From Podarcis pityusensis (Eukaryota), in NCBI GenBank assembly GCA_964106645.2, contig OZ067045.1: DNA of 64,000 nt, one strand, 5' to 3'. A model generated the notes under the pieces. It had not been told where the DNA came from. It made no database searches and saw only the letters and a list, made by a program, of their open reading frames with translations. The translations under genes were made by a program, and so were the position numbers. Shown here in pieces: positions 61,385-64,000 of this stretch; position 1 is the first letter of the stretch, and each line of letters begins with the position of its first letter.

Positions 61385-63547
61385 CTGCAGAATCAAGTTG
61401 ACTCGACCTCTGAGATCTAAAGCCACATTGTGACTCAAGATAGACCTTGTCAGCAAGTGGCTGTAATCTGTTGAGTACTACATGGTACTGCTGAGTACTG
61501 TGAAGAAGGCCGTCTTCACAGTACTCAGCAGGGAGATTCCATAATAGTTGTTGCAGTCATGGTAGTCACCTTTGTTCTTGTAGAAGGTCACAATGCTGGA
61601 GTCGTGCATGTTTTGTGGCACGGAGCCTAATTCCTAACATTGCAAGAGAAGACCGTAGAGGTGTATCATGAGAGAAGATGGCTTTCAGCAGTTCTGCTGG
61701 GATTCCGTCCTGTCCTAGGACTTTCCCACATGCCAGAGAGTTGATGGCATTCTTCAGCTCATTGAAGGAGGGGCACCCAGCTCTTCTAAGACAGGCAGAG
61801 ATTGGATACTGTCTATTACGATGTCAGAGACCATGTTTTTCCAGCTCTTGGTAGTGCTCTGCCCATCACTTCATCTGCTTGCTGCGGTCTGTGATGATCT
61901 CTCCCAACAAGGTTTTCAATGGTACAGTTTTTTTCTGAATGTTGGTCCAAAGGCTTTCTTCATACCTTTGTACATTTTGTGAGTATTGCCGCTGTCAGCA
62001 GCAAGTTGAATGCTCTGACACAGCTTTAGCCAACAGTCACTGGCAAACTATCTGGCAAATCACTGGGCATTGCTTCTTGCCTTTCTCAGTGCAGCAAGCA
62101 TCTTCTTGCAGGGCGCATGCTTGTAGCTCACAAGAGCCTCGTGCTTTGCAGCAATAACAGGCTCCATGTCCTTAATGCCAGCCTCAAACCAGTCAGGGAT
62201 CTGCTGCTCTCTTTTGCCAAGAGGACACAGCTGTGCTGTAGGTTGCCTCTTTGATGTGTTTCCACCTTACATCAATGCTATCTCTAGAGTAGTTCAGTAG
62301 TGCTTGTTCAACAGAAGCAGAGCGGCACTCACTCACAAAGTTCGGGTATGACTGTTCTGGCAATGCAGTATAGGTCCTCTTTGGCTGAATAAGAATCTTC
62401 TTGCCACCAGGGAGTGAATCCGTGTCACTGTTGACACTCTGGTAGCTCCATGTGACACCAAAAAAGCTTAGTGTCAATTGCCTGGTGACAATCAAGTCCA
62501 GCTGGTGGCAGTGGCCTGACCTTGGAGGTCTCCAGAGAGCCAGTGTGGTGTAGCGGTTAAGAGCGATAGACTTGTAATCTGGTGAACCGGGTTCGCGTCT
62601 CCGCTCCTCCACATGCAGCTGCTGGGTGACCTTGGGCTAGTCACACTTCTCTGAAGTCTCTCAGCCCCACTCACCTCACAGAGTGTTTGTTGTGGGGGAG
62701 GAAGGGAAAGGAGAATATTAGCTACTTTGAGACTCCTTCGGGTAGTGATAAAGCGGGATATCAAATCCAAACCCCTCCTCTTCTTCTTCTTCCAGGATGC
62801 TCACTGTTTTGCCTTGGTAGAGAAGAATGTGTTCGTGAAGCAGAGGCTATGATACGAGCACGGCTCAAGCAGCCTTTCTCAATTCACATTCATGCTGCCA
62901 ATACCAAAGTGGCCTATGCAGTTGTCCCGTGTGTGACCTTCGTTTCCAATTCTGGCATTAAAATCTCCCAGCAATCTCCCTAAAATCTCTTAGGCTGGGA
63001 CCTGCCTGGCAGCTTGGTCTAGTGCCTCATAGAACTGGTCCTTGATATGTATATCAGAGTATATAGTGGAAGCGTAAATGCTCGAGAAGTTAACTGGACC
63101 AGGGTAGTTGAGAGACAGAGAGGAAGCCCTCAGTCGGTAATTCTATCATAGACAAAAGTGAGTTTCTTACAGCAATGCTTATAGCTTGAATTTGTGGTTC
63201 TTCTGAGGCCTCCTTGCCAGAAGGTGTGTTTCTTCTCTGCCATTAAACATAAGTCTGGTCTCCTGTAAAGTGGCAATGTCAATGTTGAGTGTTTTCAGCT
63301 CACAGTCAATGATGGTCATCTTCCATGAGTCACTGACTTGCAGCAGATCGGTGGGCAAGCCAGGACACATGGCCATGACGTTCCAGCTTGCTAGGCACAA
63401 GGGGGGTTGTTTCTTTTCTTTGTTGTCTGGTGCAGTGGTTTGATCCCTCACTGAGTGATACTATGAGCTCTGAGCACCCATTGAAGCAGGCAGACAGTGG
63501 TCGGTCAGTACCTTATTGACTGGAGGCTGCCCAGCTTAAGGTGGGCA
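61385..63547 (-). mobile_element. Decayed RTE-clade LINE (APE endonuclease and start of RT), not BovB
   Basis: LASWNVMAMCPGL...IDIATLQETRL (APE start), SWRPPRSGHCHQLDLIVTR...SDTDS (APE end), IVTFYKNKGD..DCNNYYGISLLS and LESQCGFR (RT domains 0-2); many stops and frameshifts. Confidence 0.85.
62536..62790 (+). mobile_element. Squam2-like SINE inserted into the RTE LINE
   Basis: Full length, TSD TCCAG (62531-62535 and 62791-62795); splits the RTE SWRxPRS motif. Confidence 0.9.
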
Positions 63548-64000
63548 AAGTGTTAGAAACTGAGATATGAAAGCTAGGAGCTAAATGGTACCTTAATCCT
63601 AGGTTATGGGCGTAACAATGGAATGTCTAGGCGCACTTTTTTATAACTAGAATACAAAGCAGAAAATGAATGAACTGCAGCTAAAATATTATGCTCATTT
63701 TTCACGCGGTCTATCTAGTTCTTCCCCTGCCCACCCCCTAATGGTCTTAAGAGGGTCTCTTCTCCAGTCTTCAGAGAGTAGCTGGAAATGGGGAGAGAGA
63801 AAAAGTGCCTCCTTTCCTTCCACTCTGCAGTTTTAATCTGAAATCTTAGGCGCAGTATTGCACCCAGAGCTCAGAAACTGCTCATGCTAATGAAATTCCA
63901 TCGCAAAATGCGCCTAGAACAATGGGAGTTTCGAATGCTGGATGGGCAGTAGCTGACCAGTGAGACACGATAATTTCTCCCACTGATGAAAACAACACCT

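Noticed and set aside
1-64000. CRISPR array, operon-like defence system, or intact transposase/reverse transcriptase/RNA-guided nuclease gene
   Set aside because: This is spliced vertebrate DNA. I saw no regularly spaced repeat-spacer array and no long intact mobile-element ORF; all mobile elements seen are non-autonomous or decayed.

Overview
Vertebrate genomic DNA, almost certainly from a squamate and probably a lacertid lizard (it carries Sauria/Squam1-, Squam2- and Squam3-type SINEs). It is the block orthologous to human 1p36.31. From left to right: KLHL21 (minus strand, coding exons 1-2, with the remaining exons beyond the left edge), PHF13 (plus strand, complete, 4 exons, 292 aa, divergent from KLHL21), and DNAJC11 (minus strand, exons 2-16 all recovered with GT-AG boundaries, 1608 nt of CDS, exon 1 beyond the right edge). 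THAP3, which lies between PHF13 and DNAJC11 in human, is not detectable in the ~1.9 kb between the two convergent 3' ends. The rest is intronic or intergenic DNA rich in tRNA-derived SINEs, hAT, Tc1-mariner/pogo and Harbinger-like MITEs, CR1/L2/L1 fragments, one probable and one possible solo LTR, and a decayed non-BovB RTE LINE. I found no convincing new multi-gene system. The best leads are the missing THAP3, a strongly GC/Ala-shifted KLHL21 exon 1 that has lost the 3-box NC motif, MITEs carrying promoter-type motifs (ZNF143/THAP11-like sites and a CCAAT array), SINEs with different tRNA heads on one CR1-type tail, and a MITE inserted 20 nt from a DNAJC11 splice acceptor. Repeat family names and human comparisons come from recall and were not verified by any search.
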